From IMG/VR virus record IMGVR_UViG_3300025890_003315, positions 11,907 through 75,906 of that record: a stretch of DNA of 64,000 bases, one strand, 5' to 3'. This DNA is from a virus (taxonomy: Duplodnaviria; Caudoviricetes). The notes beneath the pieces were generated by a model, which ran no database searches, had not been told where the DNA came from, and worked only from the letters and a program-made list of their open reading frames with translations. A program made the translations under genes and the position numbers. This document shows positions 36,986 through 47,070 of this stretch, one piece after another. Numbering within the stretch: position 1 is the first letter of the stretch; each line of letters starts with the position of its first letter.

Positions 36986-37891
36986 ATGATATACGACTGT
37001 TTTTTATTTTTTAACGAAAATGATTTACTTGAAGTAAGACTAAATCAGCATAATAAATTTGTAGATAAATTTATTATCGTAGAAGCAGCAGAGACGCATA
37101 CTGGAATCAAGAAAGATTTGTGTTTCGATCATAAAAGATTTGAGAGGTTCTCTGATAAAATTATTTATAGATCTATTCATTCATTTGAAGATGAAATCAA
37201 AAAAAATCCAAATTTAATATCACAAAATATATCAAATTTCATAACCCCGCAAAAACAATTGAATCATCAAGATTGGATCAGGGATAATTTTCAAGCGGAA
37301 TATATAACAAAAACGCTACTTGAACAAAATCCAAATCAAGAAGATATAGTATTATTTAGCTGTTTAGATGAAATTTTAAACGAAGAAGCTTTTATAGAGT
37401 GCCTATCAGTATTTAGCACTAATCAAAAGTTTTTTTTAAAATCAAAAATATTCAATAAATACGTTTTAGAAAAAAAGGTCGATCCTGTATTTTCATTTGT
37501 TTTAGATACTTATGCTTATAAACTTAATTTGTTCCATAAACAAGTTCCAGTTGGAACCATGACAAAAGTTTCTAATCTAGCTTTTATGAAATGGACTGAA
37601 TTGAGATATTTCGCTTGCACAACGCATGAATTCATAGAAAACGCTGGATGGCACTTTACATTTTTAGACAACACAGATGGCGAAAAAGCGTTGATGAAAT
37701 ATAAAAGCTGGGCGCATTCAAAAGACATTTCTTCAAATAGAAAAAGATATTTTGATATACAAACAAAGGAAGAAGCAGTAAACACTGTATTTAAAGATTA
37801 TAATTTAAAAAAAGTAAACATCACAAAACAAAGCTACCCTAAATTTATAATTGAAAATTTAGAATTTTTCTCAGATTACATATACAAATAA
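36986..37891 (+). CDS. GT17-like (beta-1,4-GlcNAc transferase family) glycosyltransferase
   Basis: MIYDCF.FFNE.DLLE.RL.......D.FIIVE...THTG..K, W.R.NFQ, D+I.F.S.LDEI, AGWHFT, K.KSWAH. Confidence 0.85.
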   Translation: MIYDCFLFFNENDLLEVRLNQHNKFVDKFIIVEAAETHTGIKKDLCFDHKRFERFSDKIIYRSIHSFEDEIKKNPNLISQNISNFITPQKQLNHQDWIRDNFQAEYITKTLLEQNPNQEDIVLFSCLDEILNEEAFIECLSVFSTNQKFFLKSKIFNKYVLEKKVDPVFSFVLDTYAYKLNLFHKQVPVGTMTKVSNLAFMKWTELRYFACTTHEFIENAGWHFTFLDNTDGEKALMKYKSWAHSKDISSNRKRYFDIQTKEEAVNTVFKDYNLKKVNITKQSYPKFIIENLEFFSDYIYK

Positions 37892-37892
37892 A

Positions 37893-38276
37893 ATGATAAA
37901 CGTATTTACAAATGGGTGTTTCGATGTAATACACGTTGCTCTCATCAGACTTCTTGAATTTGCAAAGAAACAGGGAGATCATTTAATAGTCGGACTCAAT
38001 AGTGACCGAAGCGTAAAGTCCCTAAAAGGAAACGGGCGACCGTTTTTTCATGAACAAGACAGGAAAGAGTTCTTAGAATCTATTCGTTTTGTTGATGAGG
38101 TCATTATTTTCAATGAAGAAACTCCATACGAGTTGATAAAAAAGCTTAGGCCAGATATAATTATCAAAGGTGGTGATTATAAAGACGAAGATGTAGTCGG
38201 ATCTGACATCGCTAAAGTAGTAATTTTTCCATTTGAAAATGGCTATTCTACTTCAAATATATTAAAAGATAAATGA
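37893..38276 (+). CDS. RfaE/HldE-like cytidylyl/adenylyltransferase with degenerate HxGH motif
   Basis: FTNGCFD.IH, LIVGLNSD.SV..LKG..RP, KGGDY, STS. The HxGH motif reads HVAL. Confidence 0.8.
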   Translation: MINVFTNGCFDVIHVALIRLLEFAKKQGDHLIVGLNSDRSVKSLKGNGRPFFHEQDRKEFLESIRFVDEVIIFNEETPYELIKKLRPDIIIKGGDYKDEDVVGSDIAKVVIFPFENGYSTSNILKDK

Positions 38277-38851
38277 AAAATATTATTCACATTGGATGCA
38301 ATGATGGAAATGACCATGTTTTTAAATTTGTTTGCGAAAATAAAAAAGACATTGGCGAAATAATTTTGATCGACGCTAACTTTAATGTAATTTCAAAAGC
38401 TAGAGAAACATACAAGGAAATTAAGAACACAACATTTTTAAATTTAGCGATTACCCCAATTGATATAAACGGTTGCGAAATCGAAATATTTACTCCAATC
38501 ACAGATGACTCATCAAATTTTGTTTCTGTAAATAGGGATTTTGTTAGAGCGCACGTTCACCATAATAATATACTTTCGACAAAAGTAAGAACCATGAGTC
38601 TGCAAAATTTAATCGACCAATACAAAGATACAACCCATTTGTTCTTAGATACAGAAGGTCTTGACGTACTCAACGTATTTAGCGTGGACTTCGATAAAAA
38701 TAAGATCGAGGAATTAACTTTTGAATACATACACTCTGATGGAATCGTAAGACACGGCAAAAGGCTAAATTCATTGCTAGGGTATCTTGAACAATTTGGG
38801 TTTTCGTTTGAAGTTGTACAATACAATGTAATAGCTAAAAGAAAAACGTGA
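38273..38851 (+). CDS. FkbM-like methyltransferase
   Basis: IHIGCNDG, LIDAN, LFLDTEGLD, FEYIH. Confidence 0.7.
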   Translation: MKNIIHIGCNDGNDHVFKFVCENKKDIGEIILIDANFNVISKARETYKEIKNTTFLNLAITPIDINGCEIEIFTPITDDSSNFVSVNRDFVRAHVHHNNILSTKVRTMSLQNLIDQYKDTTHLFLDTEGLDVLNVFSVDFDKNKIEELTFEYIHSDGIVRHGKRLNSLLGYLEQFGFSFEVVQYNVIAKRKT

Positions 38852-39915
38852 AAAAAATAATCATCACAGGAATTTTAGGTCAAGACGGCGCGAACATGGC
38901 AGAATACCTTCTGTCTTTGTATGATGAACTCGGTCTTGAAGAACATGATTATGAGATTTATGGCATGATGCGTAGATCTGCAAACCCAAATTTTAAAAAC
39001 ATCGAAAAAATTAAAAATCATCCAAGATTCAATTTACAGTTCCTTGATCTTGGTGATAGCGCAAGTATTGATACAGCAGTAAAAGAGATTCAGTCAGATT
39101 ATTTTATTAATTTTGCCGCAAATAGTTTTGTTGGTATCAGTTGGAAAATGCCAGAGCAAGTTATGAATGTAAACGCTCTTGGTGTTTTGCGCTGCCTTGA
39201 AGCCATTCGCAAATTCAAACCAGATTGCCGATTTTACAGCGCAGGTTCAAGTGAAGAATGGGGCAATGTCGATTATAGCCCACAAGACATCGCTCATCCA
39301 ATCAAGCCTCGTAGCCCTTATGGCGCGTCAAAAGCGGCAGCAAGACATCTTGTAAAGGTTTACAGAGAGTCCTACGGTCTCTATGCTGTTCACGGTATCC
39401 TCTTTAACCACGAAGGAACAAAGCGTGGAGAAGAATTTGTAACAAGAAAAATTTCAAAAGGAGTAGCTAGAATCAAAAACTCTATTGATAGAGCTATTGG
39501 GCTTGGAGATGAAATTTATATTGAACCAATCGAACTTGGAAATCTTGACGCAAAAAGAGACTGGTCAGATTCCAGAGACTTCGTAGAAGGTGTTTGGTTA
39601 ATGCTCAATCAAGATACCCCAAAAGATCACATTCTAGCAAGTGGAGAAACACATAGCATCAGAGAATTTGTCGAAAAAGCTTTTGCTGTTGCTGGAATCA
39701 ATGGATCTTGGCACGGACAAGGTCTCGATGAGGTATTTGTGACTGGTCAACAAACTTTAGTACGAATCAATTCAGATTTTTACAGACCGGCAGAAGTTGA
39801 TCTTCTTTTGGGTGATTCAACCCCAATACGCGAAGAACTTGAATGGGAGCCGAAAATTTCATTTGACAAATTGGTAGAATCGATGGTACTATATGACATC
39901 GAGAACCATGCCTGA
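38848..39915 (+). CDS. gmd: GDP-mannose 4,6-dehydratase
   Basis: ITGILGQDG, AGSSE..G, PRSPYGASK, GILFNHE..RG..FVTRKI, LGNLDAKRDW, RPAEVDLL.GD. Confidence 0.95.
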   Translation: MKKIIITGILGQDGANMAEYLLSLYDELGLEEHDYEIYGMMRRSANPNFKNIEKIKNHPRFNLQFLDLGDSASIDTAVKEIQSDYFINFAANSFVGISWKMPEQVMNVNALGVLRCLEAIRKFKPDCRFYSAGSSEEWGNVDYSPQDIAHPIKPRSPYGASKAAARHLVKVYRESYGLYAVHGILFNHEGTKRGEEFVTRKISKGVARIKNSIDRAIGLGDEIYIEPIELGNLDAKRDWSDSRDFVEGVWLMLNQDTPKDHILASGETHSIREFVEKAFAVAGINGSWHGQGLDEVFVTGQQTLVRINSDFYRPAEVDLLLGDSTPIREELEWEPKISFDKLVESMVLYDIENHA

Positions 39916-40429
39916 TTACGAGATAGTAACACGACAACAAGCCAATAAATTTCTGGCGTACGTAAAAGGCGACTCTACCGTACAAACAAACCATCTACTT
40001 TTCTCCGTAGAAAGCTCTCTTTCTGTCCAGAAAGACAAGCTGCTGCAAACTGAACTTTATTACGATAAAGAGTCTGGTTTGATGGATGAGCCAGTCGCCA
40101 AATCTTTTTTTGAAATAGAAAAGAATATTGCGATGTGCCAGATTTTAAAACTGGGACTGAATAGTCTTCCTGTGCAGAAAAGTAGGCCAAAGCTTTTTGT
40201 AAAAGCGTTTCCAGATGCATGTAGGCAATTAGTGAAACTCTTTGATCTCAAAGAAACAGAATCCGAATTACTCTACGCTAAAAAGCTTCTTTCAGAATAT
40301 AAGAAACCAAAGCTTTGGAGCCAAATGGTAGCGGACAATCCAGAGTTAAAAATAAGAACATTGAGTTTCTTTTTTGACGGGGCAGGTAAAAAGTTTTTAG
40401 AAAAGCAGATTAAGAAATACGAATTATGA
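39908..40429 (+). CDS. Hypothetical protein
   Basis: Operon-packed ORF of about 173 aa. Confidence 0.6.
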   Translation: MPDYEIVTRQQANKFLAYVKGDSTVQTNHLLFSVESSLSVQKDKLLQTELYYDKESGLMDEPVAKSFFEIEKNIAMCQILKLGLNSLPVQKSRPKLFVKAFPDACRQLVKLFDLKETESELLYAKKLLSEYKKPKLWSQMVADNPELKIRTLSFFFDGAGKKFLEKQIKKYEL

Positions 40430-41514
40430 ATAATGTAAAAGAAAAACTAGATAGCATTCTCAAGCAAAAAGATAAAAAAGACCACGTTTATAACTTTGTA
40501 AAAGAAGTTGATTACAGAGTTTCTAGTGGCAGCTTGAAGTTAGATATTGAAATGGAAGGTGGTCTTGGCCCCGGCTTGGCTAGGTTTTCCGGTGGCACGG
40601 AATCAGGAAAGACTTCTTGTGCGCTTACTTTCGCAAAGTATCATCAAGAAACAGTCGAAAACGGTTTTGTTGTATATTTTAAAGCCGAAGGGCGACTGAG
40701 CAAAAAGATGCTTGAAAGGCACGGTTTGAACCCAGAAAAGCTGTACGTTGTTGAAACCAATGTTTACGAAGTTGTTATCGACACAATGCGTGAACTTGTA
40801 AACAACAATCCAGAAGAAACCAAGTATTTTTTTATTATTGACAGTGTAGATGGATGCATAAGAAAAGAGGATCTCGACAAAGGTACTCAAGAAGCTGTAA
40901 AAGTAGCTGGTGGAGCATTGCTTACTTCTGAATTTTTGAAACGCATGACCCTAAAACTCGGAAAGCTCGGTCATGTGTGCATTTTGATTCATCAAAACAG
41001 AAGCAAGATTCAACTCAATCAATACGAAAAGAAAGACCCGAATAACATCACTCAAAGTTCTGGCGGCAATGCTGGTTTGCATTATTCAGATTGGATTTTT
41101 GAGTTTATGGACAAAAACACCGAAAGCTGTAGAATTAGAGGCCCAAAATCAGAATCTGCTGATGCAGATCCAAAGGGTGAAATCATTGGTCATTTTTGCA
41201 GAATCATTTTCAAGAAAAGTCCAAATGAAAAAACCAACAAGACTGTAAGCTATCCAGTAAGATATGGCACCAAAGGCGGTAACACTGTTTGGGTGGAATA
41301 TGAAATTTTACAGGTTTTACAGCAATTTGGATTCTTGAATAAAAGTGGTGCTTGGTTTAAGTTTGATGAAGACGCCCTTGAGCAACTTGAAAAAGCTGGA
41401 ATCAAAGATGTCAAAAATCAGTTTCAAGGTGAAGCCAACGCTTTGGCATACTTGTCAGAAAGAAAGGACTTAGTGGATTATTATTATGAGCATTTTAAGA
41501 CTACATTTTCATGA
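40426..41514 (+). CDS. recA: RecA/UvsX-like recombinase
   Basis: SSGSL.LD, GGTESGKT (Walker A), AEGR, FIIDSV, IHQ.R, SGGNA. Confidence 0.9.
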   Translation: MNNVKEKLDSILKQKDKKDHVYNFVKEVDYRVSSGSLKLDIEMEGGLGPGLARFSGGTESGKTSCALTFAKYHQETVENGFVVYFKAEGRLSKKMLERHGLNPEKLYVVETNVYEVVIDTMRELVNNNPEETKYFFIIDSVDGCIRKEDLDKGTQEAVKVAGGALLTSEFLKRMTLKLGKLGHVCILIHQNRSKIQLNQYEKKDPNNITQSSGGNAGLHYSDWIFEFMDKNTESCRIRGPKSESADADPKGEIIGHFCRIIFKKSPNEKTNKTVSYPVRYGTKGGNTVWVEYEILQVLQQFGFLNKSGAWFKFDEDALEQLEKAGIKDVKNQFQGEANALAYLSERKDLVDYYYEHFKTTFS

Positions 41515-41927
41515 GACTGTATAATGTAAGAGGTAGGTTAACAAATAAAAATGTTAGTCCATACATCATAAATTGGAACGCAGATTCACGATCAAAAATG
41601 CAAAAACAAGTCAAAGATTTTTTGCGTGAATTTTGGTCTGGCTGCGTGGTTTATGAAGAGTTCCCGGTTTACGGTACTCGACTCAAGGTTGATATCCTAA
41701 ATGCCTCTAGAATGCAAGCTGTAGAAGTTCATGGGGACCAACACATCAAGTTCAACAAATTCTTTCATAGTAACTCAAGAGAAAATTATTTAAATTCTAT
41801 TTCTAGAGACACGCAAAAATATGAGTGGCTAGAAGCTAACAGCTTTAAGGTGATTGAAATATATCAAAAAGATATAAAAAAATTATCAAAAGATTGGTTC
41901 GAACATAAGTTTGGCGTTTTACTTTAA
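41511..41927 (+). CDS. Vsr/DUF559-like endonuclease
   Basis: EEFPV......VD.......VEVHG.QH..F..FFH....D..K..W. Confidence 0.7.
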   Translation: MRLYNVRGRLTNKNVSPYIINWNADSRSKMQKQVKDFLREFWSGCVVYEEFPVYGTRLKVDILNASRMQAVEVHGDQHIKFNKFFHSNSRENYLNSISRDTQKYEWLEANSFKVIEIYQKDIKKLSKDWFEHKFGVLL

Positions 41928-41930
41928 CTT

Positions 41931-41936
41931 GTGTAA
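41931..41936 (+). promoter_or_regulatory. GTGTAA motif
   Basis: 8 nt before GTG 41945. Confidence 0.6.
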
Positions 41937-41944
41937 AATATTTT

Positions 41945-42217
41945 GTGGAGAAATTTATATTTCCAAAAGCAGTTTTAGAACAAGTGAACGAATGTTCAAA
42001 CGGTGGTTTTGTCTTGTTCAATTTTGATATAGATAAAAACCCTCAAATTTTTTCTAACTTTGATGACTCAATGTCCGCTTTAGCTTTGCAAAGCTATATC
42101 GATATTTGTAGCAAGACTTTTCAAAAGATGAATTATCAAATAGCCATGAGCGAAGCTTCTTCTCCACCTTCTAGCGAAGATTGTGACGACGATGACAAGG
42201 ACGACGAAGTTTCTTGA
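41945..42217 (+). CDS. Hypothetical protein with acidic tail
   Basis: 90 aa behind a GTGTAA motif. Confidence 0.7.
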   Translation: MEKFIFPKAVLEQVNECSNGGFVLFNFDIDKNPQIFSNFDDSMSALALQSYIDICSKTFQKMNYQIAMSEASSPPSSEDCDDDDKDDEVS

Positions 42218-42242
42218 CTTTTTCCCAAAAGTCGCTCATACT
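42214..42242 (+). promoter_or_regulatory. Sigma70-type promoter of the replication operon
   Basis: TTGACT-17-CATACT with the ATG 8 nt downstream. Confidence 0.6.
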
Positions 42243-42250
42243 ACATCTTC

Positions 42251-43762
42251 ATGACTAGTTTGTACTCCCAAAAGCTTGAGAGACACGTTTTATCTGGAGC
42301 TATCAAAAATCCAGAGACATTCGCTGAGATCGACAGCTTGATTTCTGAAAAAGACTTCTATTTCAAGATTCATGAAGTTATTTTCAAGCTTGTACGAGAA
42401 AAACTGATCAAAGGTGAGACCGTTGATCAAGTAATTTTATCTCAAAAAATTCAAAATCTTGGAGTGTCATTCAATGACATTTCGGATATTCCTGCTTATG
42501 TAGAAAACGTCTGCTTCATCAAGCCGTCTAAAAAGGCTGCTGTAGAAGCCGCAAGCGAGCTTAAAAAGCTTTCTGTCAAGAGAGAGTTATGTACCACCTT
42601 AGAGAAAGCCAAAGCAACTGTATCTAAATCTGGAAACAAAGATTTGGACAAGATTGTTGCCGAAGCAGATGCTTTATACAATTCTACTGCTCTTAAGTTT
42701 GATTTAAATGATGCCCCCAAAAACATCTTTGCGAATCTAAAAGACCAAATTATAGATAGAGCAAATAATCCAGTTGACGACACTGGATTAAAAACTCCTT
42801 TTCCTGAATTTAATAGAATGTACGGAGGACTTAGATCTGGAAATCTTTATGCAATTGCATCAAGACCGGGACAAGGAAAGTCGAGTTTCTTGATGAGCCT
42901 TGGGGTTAATGTATCTAGAATTAATAATTGCCATGTTTTATATCTTGATACCGAGATGAGCAATGCAGAGCAGCAATTTAGGCTCGCTGCATCGTTGTCT
43001 GGTGTTCCTCTTTGGTATCTTGAAACTGGAAAATGGAAAACGAATGATGAATACAGAGAAAAGGTAGAAGAAAGTTTTTCTAAATTCAATGATTCTAAAT
43101 TTTATCATTTTGAAGCTGGCAACAAAGATGTTGATGAAATTATTTCTGTTATCAGAAGATGGCATCTCCAAAGAATCAAAAAAAACGAAAAGTGCATGAT
43201 TATTTATGATTATGTAAAAATGACAGGAGAAAGAGTTGGTCAAAACTGGGCAGAACATCAAGCTATTGGAGACAAAATTGATAAGTTGAAAAAGATCTCT
43301 GAAGAAATCAATGCCCCACTTTTCACGGCGATTCAGTTGAACCGTAGTGGTGAAAACCAAAACAGGAGAGGCTCTGATATTGTTGATGATAGCTCTGCTA
43401 TTTCACTGTCAGACAGACTACAGTGGTTTGCTAGCTTTGTTGCTATTTTTAGGCGCAAAACGCTTGACGAGATTGCTTCAGATGGAGAGCAGTTTGGTAC
43501 TCACAAATTAGTTCCCACAAAAACTAGATTTCAAGGACAAGATGCTGCTGGGCATCAAGATTTAGTTAGAAGACGAGTAGAAGAAATAGTAAGAGGTGAA
43601 CCCACTACAGTTGAAAGATGGTGTCTTAACTTTTTGAATTTCAACATCGACAATTTTAATGTGGTCGAACAAGGATCACTTCGTGATATAGTAGAATTTG
43701 AAGACGGTAGAGTAAATATAAGTCAACCACTCAACGATATGGAGGAAACACTTGGAGACTAA
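42251..43762 (+). CDS. dnaB: Replicative DNA helicase DnaB
   Basis: E..VL.G.I.N N-terminus, G..TPF..FN...GGL..G.LY.IASRPGQGKS, YLDTEM, IIYDY, AIQLNR. Confidence 0.95.
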   Translation: MTSLYSQKLERHVLSGAIKNPETFAEIDSLISEKDFYFKIHEVIFKLVREKLIKGETVDQVILSQKIQNLGVSFNDISDIPAYVENVCFIKPSKKAAVEAASELKKLSVKRELCTTLEKAKATVSKSGNKDLDKIVAEADALYNSTALKFDLNDAPKNIFANLKDQIIDRANNPVDDTGLKTPFPEFNRMYGGLRSGNLYAIASRPGQGKSSFLMSLGVNVSRINNCHVLYLDTEMSNAEQQFRLAASLSGVPLWYLETGKWKTNDEYREKVEESFSKFNDSKFYHFEAGNKDVDEIISVIRRWHLQRIKKNEKCMIIYDYVKMTGERVGQNWAEHQAIGDKIDKLKKISEEINAPLFTAIQLNRSGENQNRRGSDIVDDSSAISLSDRLQWFASFVAIFRRKTLDEIASDGEQFGTHKLVPTKTRFQGQDAAGHQDLVRRRVEEIVRGEPTTVERWCLNFLNFNIDNFNVVEQGSLRDIVEFEDGRVNISQPLNDMEETLGD

Positions 43763-44663
43763 TGTTAAAGAAATTTTAACATCTATTGGTTATAGACTCA
43801 GAGATGTCGGTAGAGAATTCAGAACCAAGCCTCTTTACAGGGATTCTGATAGCGACAATGTTCTTAGTATCAAAAAGGATACTGGTTATTGGTATGATTT
43901 TAAAACAAATCAGCACGGCTCTTTTGACAAGTTAATCAAGATAACCCTCAATCTCGATGATGCAAAAGCTGAAGAGTATCTAAAGAATAGAAATTGGCAA
44001 TATGAGTCTTCTGGTATCGAGAAAGAGAAACTGGAAGAATTAAAGATCTTCCCTTCAGAACTTTTAGACAAGCTTGAAAAAGATCATTCTTACTGGTTGA
44101 CTAGAAATATCAACGAAGAGACTGTCAGCGTATTTGAAGGCGGTGTAGCCAAAGAAGGAAGAATGAAAGACCGATATGTGCTTCCTATTTTCAATTCTAA
44201 AAAGCAGATAGTAGGTTTTACTGGTAGGGATCTCACCGGAACAAAAAAAGCCAAATGGAAGCATCTGGGAGACAAATCTAAGTGGGTTTACCCTCTTTAC
44301 TTTAATAAAAAAGAAGTCTTAAACGCAAAAAGCGTCATATTGGTAGAAAGTGTTGGTGACATGCTATCCCTTTGGCAATCTGGAGTCAAAAATTCCGCTG
44401 TTACTTTTGGTCTAGATATAAACAACTCTCTTTTAAATCTGTTCATTAGAATGGATTTGGATACTATTTATATATCTTTTAACAATGATGAAAACCAAGC
44501 TGGAAATCAAGCGGCTAAAAAACTTTATTTTAAACTTTTAAAATTCTTTGATAAAAATCAAATCAAAGTAGCTTTACCTACCAAAAATGATTTTGGTGAA
44601 ATGAATAAGGACGAAATAGGACAATGGCTGAAAGCAAAAAATATCTATCTGCCTCAAGGATAA
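43752..44663 (+). CDS. dnaG: DNA primase (DnaG/toprim)
   Basis: RYVLPI.N...IVGF.GR, ILVESVGD.LSL, FNND...G..AA, NDFGEM. Directly after dnaB. Confidence 0.85.
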   Translation: METNVKEILTSIGYRLRDVGREFRTKPLYRDSDSDNVLSIKKDTGYWYDFKTNQHGSFDKLIKITLNLDDAKAEEYLKNRNWQYESSGIEKEKLEELKIFPSELLDKLEKDHSYWLTRNINEETVSVFEGGVAKEGRMKDRYVLPIFNSKKQIVGFTGRDLTGTKKAKWKHLGDKSKWVYPLYFNKKEVLNAKSVILVESVGDMLSLWQSGVKNSAVTFGLDINNSLLNLFIRMDLDTIYISFNNDENQAGNQAAKKLYFKLLKFFDKNQIKVALPTKNDFGEMNKDEIGQWLKAKNIYLPQG

Positions 44664-45673
44664 AAACTCTCAAAGGTTGTAGCTGGCAGTATTACTGTAA
44701 ATATGTTTTGAAGTTGCCAGAAGAAGGCAACTCTGGAGCAGACAGAGGTACAACGTGCCATGCTGTGCTGGAATGCCTGACAAATAAAAGGCACTCTAGG
44801 CATTTCAATAAAATTGTAAAAGCTCAAACTATCACTGCTTCAAAAGCTGTGACAAGAATGGTCAATATTTATTTGAAAAAATTCAAATTGATAGACGACG
44901 AAAATGAAGATCATTTTGAAATGTGCGATCAAATGATCGTTGTTGGACTCAATGAGGACTTCCTAGGAAAAGGCGGCTCTCATCCAATTGCAGAAACTGA
45001 TTTCAAATTAGAGAAAGACGATTATAGCATACTAGGTTTTATTGACAAAACAGTGTTCTACAAAAAAGGAACAGAAGCAATAATTACAGACTATAAAACT
45101 AGCAAAAGAAAATTTGAAGGAGAAGATTTAAACAATAATGTTCAAGCCAAATCTTATGTTCTAGCGGCCAAACAAATGTGGCCTAAGTTAAAAAGCGTTA
45201 AAGTTAAATTTTTGTTTTTAAAATTCCCAGATGACCCAGAAATAGTAATGGAGTTTTCTGAGGACGAATTAAATAACTTTCAGGATATCCTTCCAAAGTA
45301 TTATAAGCAAATAAACAACTTTGATTATGAACAAGCTATTTCTAATTTTGCTGTTGACCAAGGCTACCCAGCAAAAAACGAAGGCTTCTGCAAAAATTTG
45401 AAGTGTGGTAGAGCAGAATACCCCGGCCATCTTAAAAAAGATGGCTCGATTATGTGGCATTGTTCATTCAAATTTCCTTTCGAATATTTTGTTGTCAAAG
45501 ACCAAAAAGGTGGTATAGTAAGAACAGAACTTCACTCTGAGGCAGTAATGGACATTCCAGATGACCATTCTGTTTCTATTATGAAGTATCTCGGTTGCCC
45601 AAGATTCAAAAAAGATGAATTCTTGAAAGACGACGGTGACGACGAAAAAAAACTTGACGAATTCCTAGATTGA
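44624..45673 (+). CDS. PD-(D/E)XK exonuclease (Cas4/RecB-like)
   Basis: LSASRI....CSW.Y, RGT.CH..LE, GFIDK...ITDYKTS, Q...Y, and C-terminal Cys cluster. Confidence 0.85.
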   Translation: MAESKKYLSASRIKTLKGCSWQYYCKYVLKLPEEGNSGADRGTTCHAVLECLTNKRHSRHFNKIVKAQTITASKAVTRMVNIYLKKFKLIDDENEDHFEMCDQMIVVGLNEDFLGKGGSHPIAETDFKLEKDDYSILGFIDKTVFYKKGTEAIITDYKTSKRKFEGEDLNNNVQAKSYVLAAKQMWPKLKSVKVKFLFLKFPDDPEIVMEFSEDELNNFQDILPKYYKQINNFDYEQAISNFAVDQGYPAKNEGFCKNLKCGRAEYPGHLKKDGSIMWHCSFKFPFEYFVVKDQKGGIVRTELHSEAVMDIPDDHSVSIMKYLGCPRFKKDEFLKDDGDDEKKLDEFLD

Positions 45674-45689
45674 AATAATAATACAAAAT

Positions 45690-46436
45690 ATGCTTTGCCT
45701 CCCATTATTCAAGAGTCACTTTTCTTTTGGAAGAAGCATCTTGACATTAGAAAATAAAGAAGAGAATACAGATAATTTTCCAGATTCCATTTTTCCGCTT
45801 CTAAATCAAGCGCAATTAAAGGAACTCTTTTTGGTGGAGGATCATTTCTCTGGATTTCTACAAGCTAATAAAAACTGCGCAGACTTGGATATCAAGCTTA
45901 ATTATGGCCTAAGATTTACTGTTTGCGACGATTTCAAAAATAAAAACGAAGACAGCTTAAACTCAAACAGCAAGGTTATAGTTTTTGCTAAAAACCTTAA
46001 AGGCTACAAAAGACTTGTCAAGCTTTATACTCACGCAAGCACAGAGGGTTTCTATTATGAACCTAGAACAGACTGGAGGGTCTTGCAAAAAATTTGGAGT
46101 GACAAAGACTTGTTGATGGCATTTCCATTTTACGACTCTTACGTATTCAATAATCTTCTCACCAATAAAATTTGTCAGCCAGATTTGTTTACAGATCATT
46201 TTTATTTCCACGAAGATAATGACTTGCCATTTGACGATATCGTGTCAAACAAACTCAACTCTATGGACGTAAATTTGATTAACGCGAAATCTATTTATTA
46301 TGCTAAAAAAAATGACTTTCCAGCATATCTAACATTTAGATGCATGAGCAAGCGGACGACACTGAGTAAACCAAACTTTGAACATATGAGCAGCGACGAA
46401 TTCTGCTTTGAAAGCTGGAGGCAAGCAAATGGATGA
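45690..46436 (+). CDS. Stand-alone PHP domain of DNA polymerase III alpha
   Basis: KSHFS.GRSIL, ED..SGF, YGLR, FAKN..GY..L.KL.T.A..EGFYYEPR.D. Confidence 0.85.
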   Translation: MLCLPLFKSHFSFGRSILTLENKEENTDNFPDSIFPLLNQAQLKELFLVEDHFSGFLQANKNCADLDIKLNYGLRFTVCDDFKNKNEDSLNSNSKVIVFAKNLKGYKRLVKLYTHASTEGFYYEPRTDWRVLQKIWSDKDLLMAFPFYDSYVFNNLLTNKICQPDLFTDHFYFHEDNDLPFDDIVSNKLNSMDVNLINAKSIYYAKKNDFPAYLTFRCMSKRTTLSKPNFEHMSSDEFCFESWRQANG

Positions 46437-47070
46437 TCATCTTTTAAGATTTGCTAAAGATAAAAAGTTCACATTCATTGATTGTGAGACTTTTAACTTG
46501 TGCTTAAACGAATGCAACAATCTTCCTTGGCAGGTTGCCGTAATCGAGACTCTTGGCGCAGAAAAAATTGAAGAGAAACATGATTTTTATCTTGATTGGG
46601 ACACAGACTTAACGATTTCTGAAGAAGCTAAAAAAATCACAAGATTCAGTCAAACAAAGTTTGACGAGAGAAAAATCTCTGCTGAAATTTGCGCTAAAAA
46701 AATTTATTCAATTTTAAATAACTCTGATTATATTTTAGGGCATAACCTTCTTGGTTTTGATGTTTACTTGCTCCGAATTGTTTTTTCTAAATTTGGCTTG
46801 GATTGGAAATTTATGATGCCAAAGATTTTAGATACACTTGCCTTAATGAAGGGTATTCGTTTGGAGTCTAAATACAGCAAGGATGTTGACCTATTGACTT
46901 TTCAATACAAACAGATTCATACAATCAAAAAGAATTTAAAGTGTTCTTTGGGAGTGTTAGGAAAAGAGTTTGATATAAAGCACAATTATGATAGTTTGCA
47001 TGATGCGTTAGTAGATTTGGAGCTAAATTTGAAAGTGTGGAATAAAATCAAGTATTTAATTGAAATATGA
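46429..47070 (+). CDS. DnaQ-like DEDDh 3'-5' exonuclease
   Basis: FIDCET, GHN..GFD, DTL, HDA.VD. Confidence 0.85.
   Translation: MDDHLLRFAKDKKFTFIDCETFNLCLNECNNLPWQVAVIETLGAEKIEEKHDFYLDWDTDLTISEEAKKITRFSQTKFDERKISAEICAKKIYSILNNSDYILGHNLLGFDVYLLRIVFSKFGLDWKFMMPKILDTLALMKGIRLESKYSKDVDLLTFQYKQIHTIKKNLKCSLGVLGKEFDIKHNYDSLHDALVDLELNLKVWNKIKYLIEI

Noticed and set aside
44624-45673. Cas4-like gene as part of a CRISPR-Cas system
   Set aside because: It sits in the replication operon; stand-alone Cas4/RecB-like exonucleases are common in phages.
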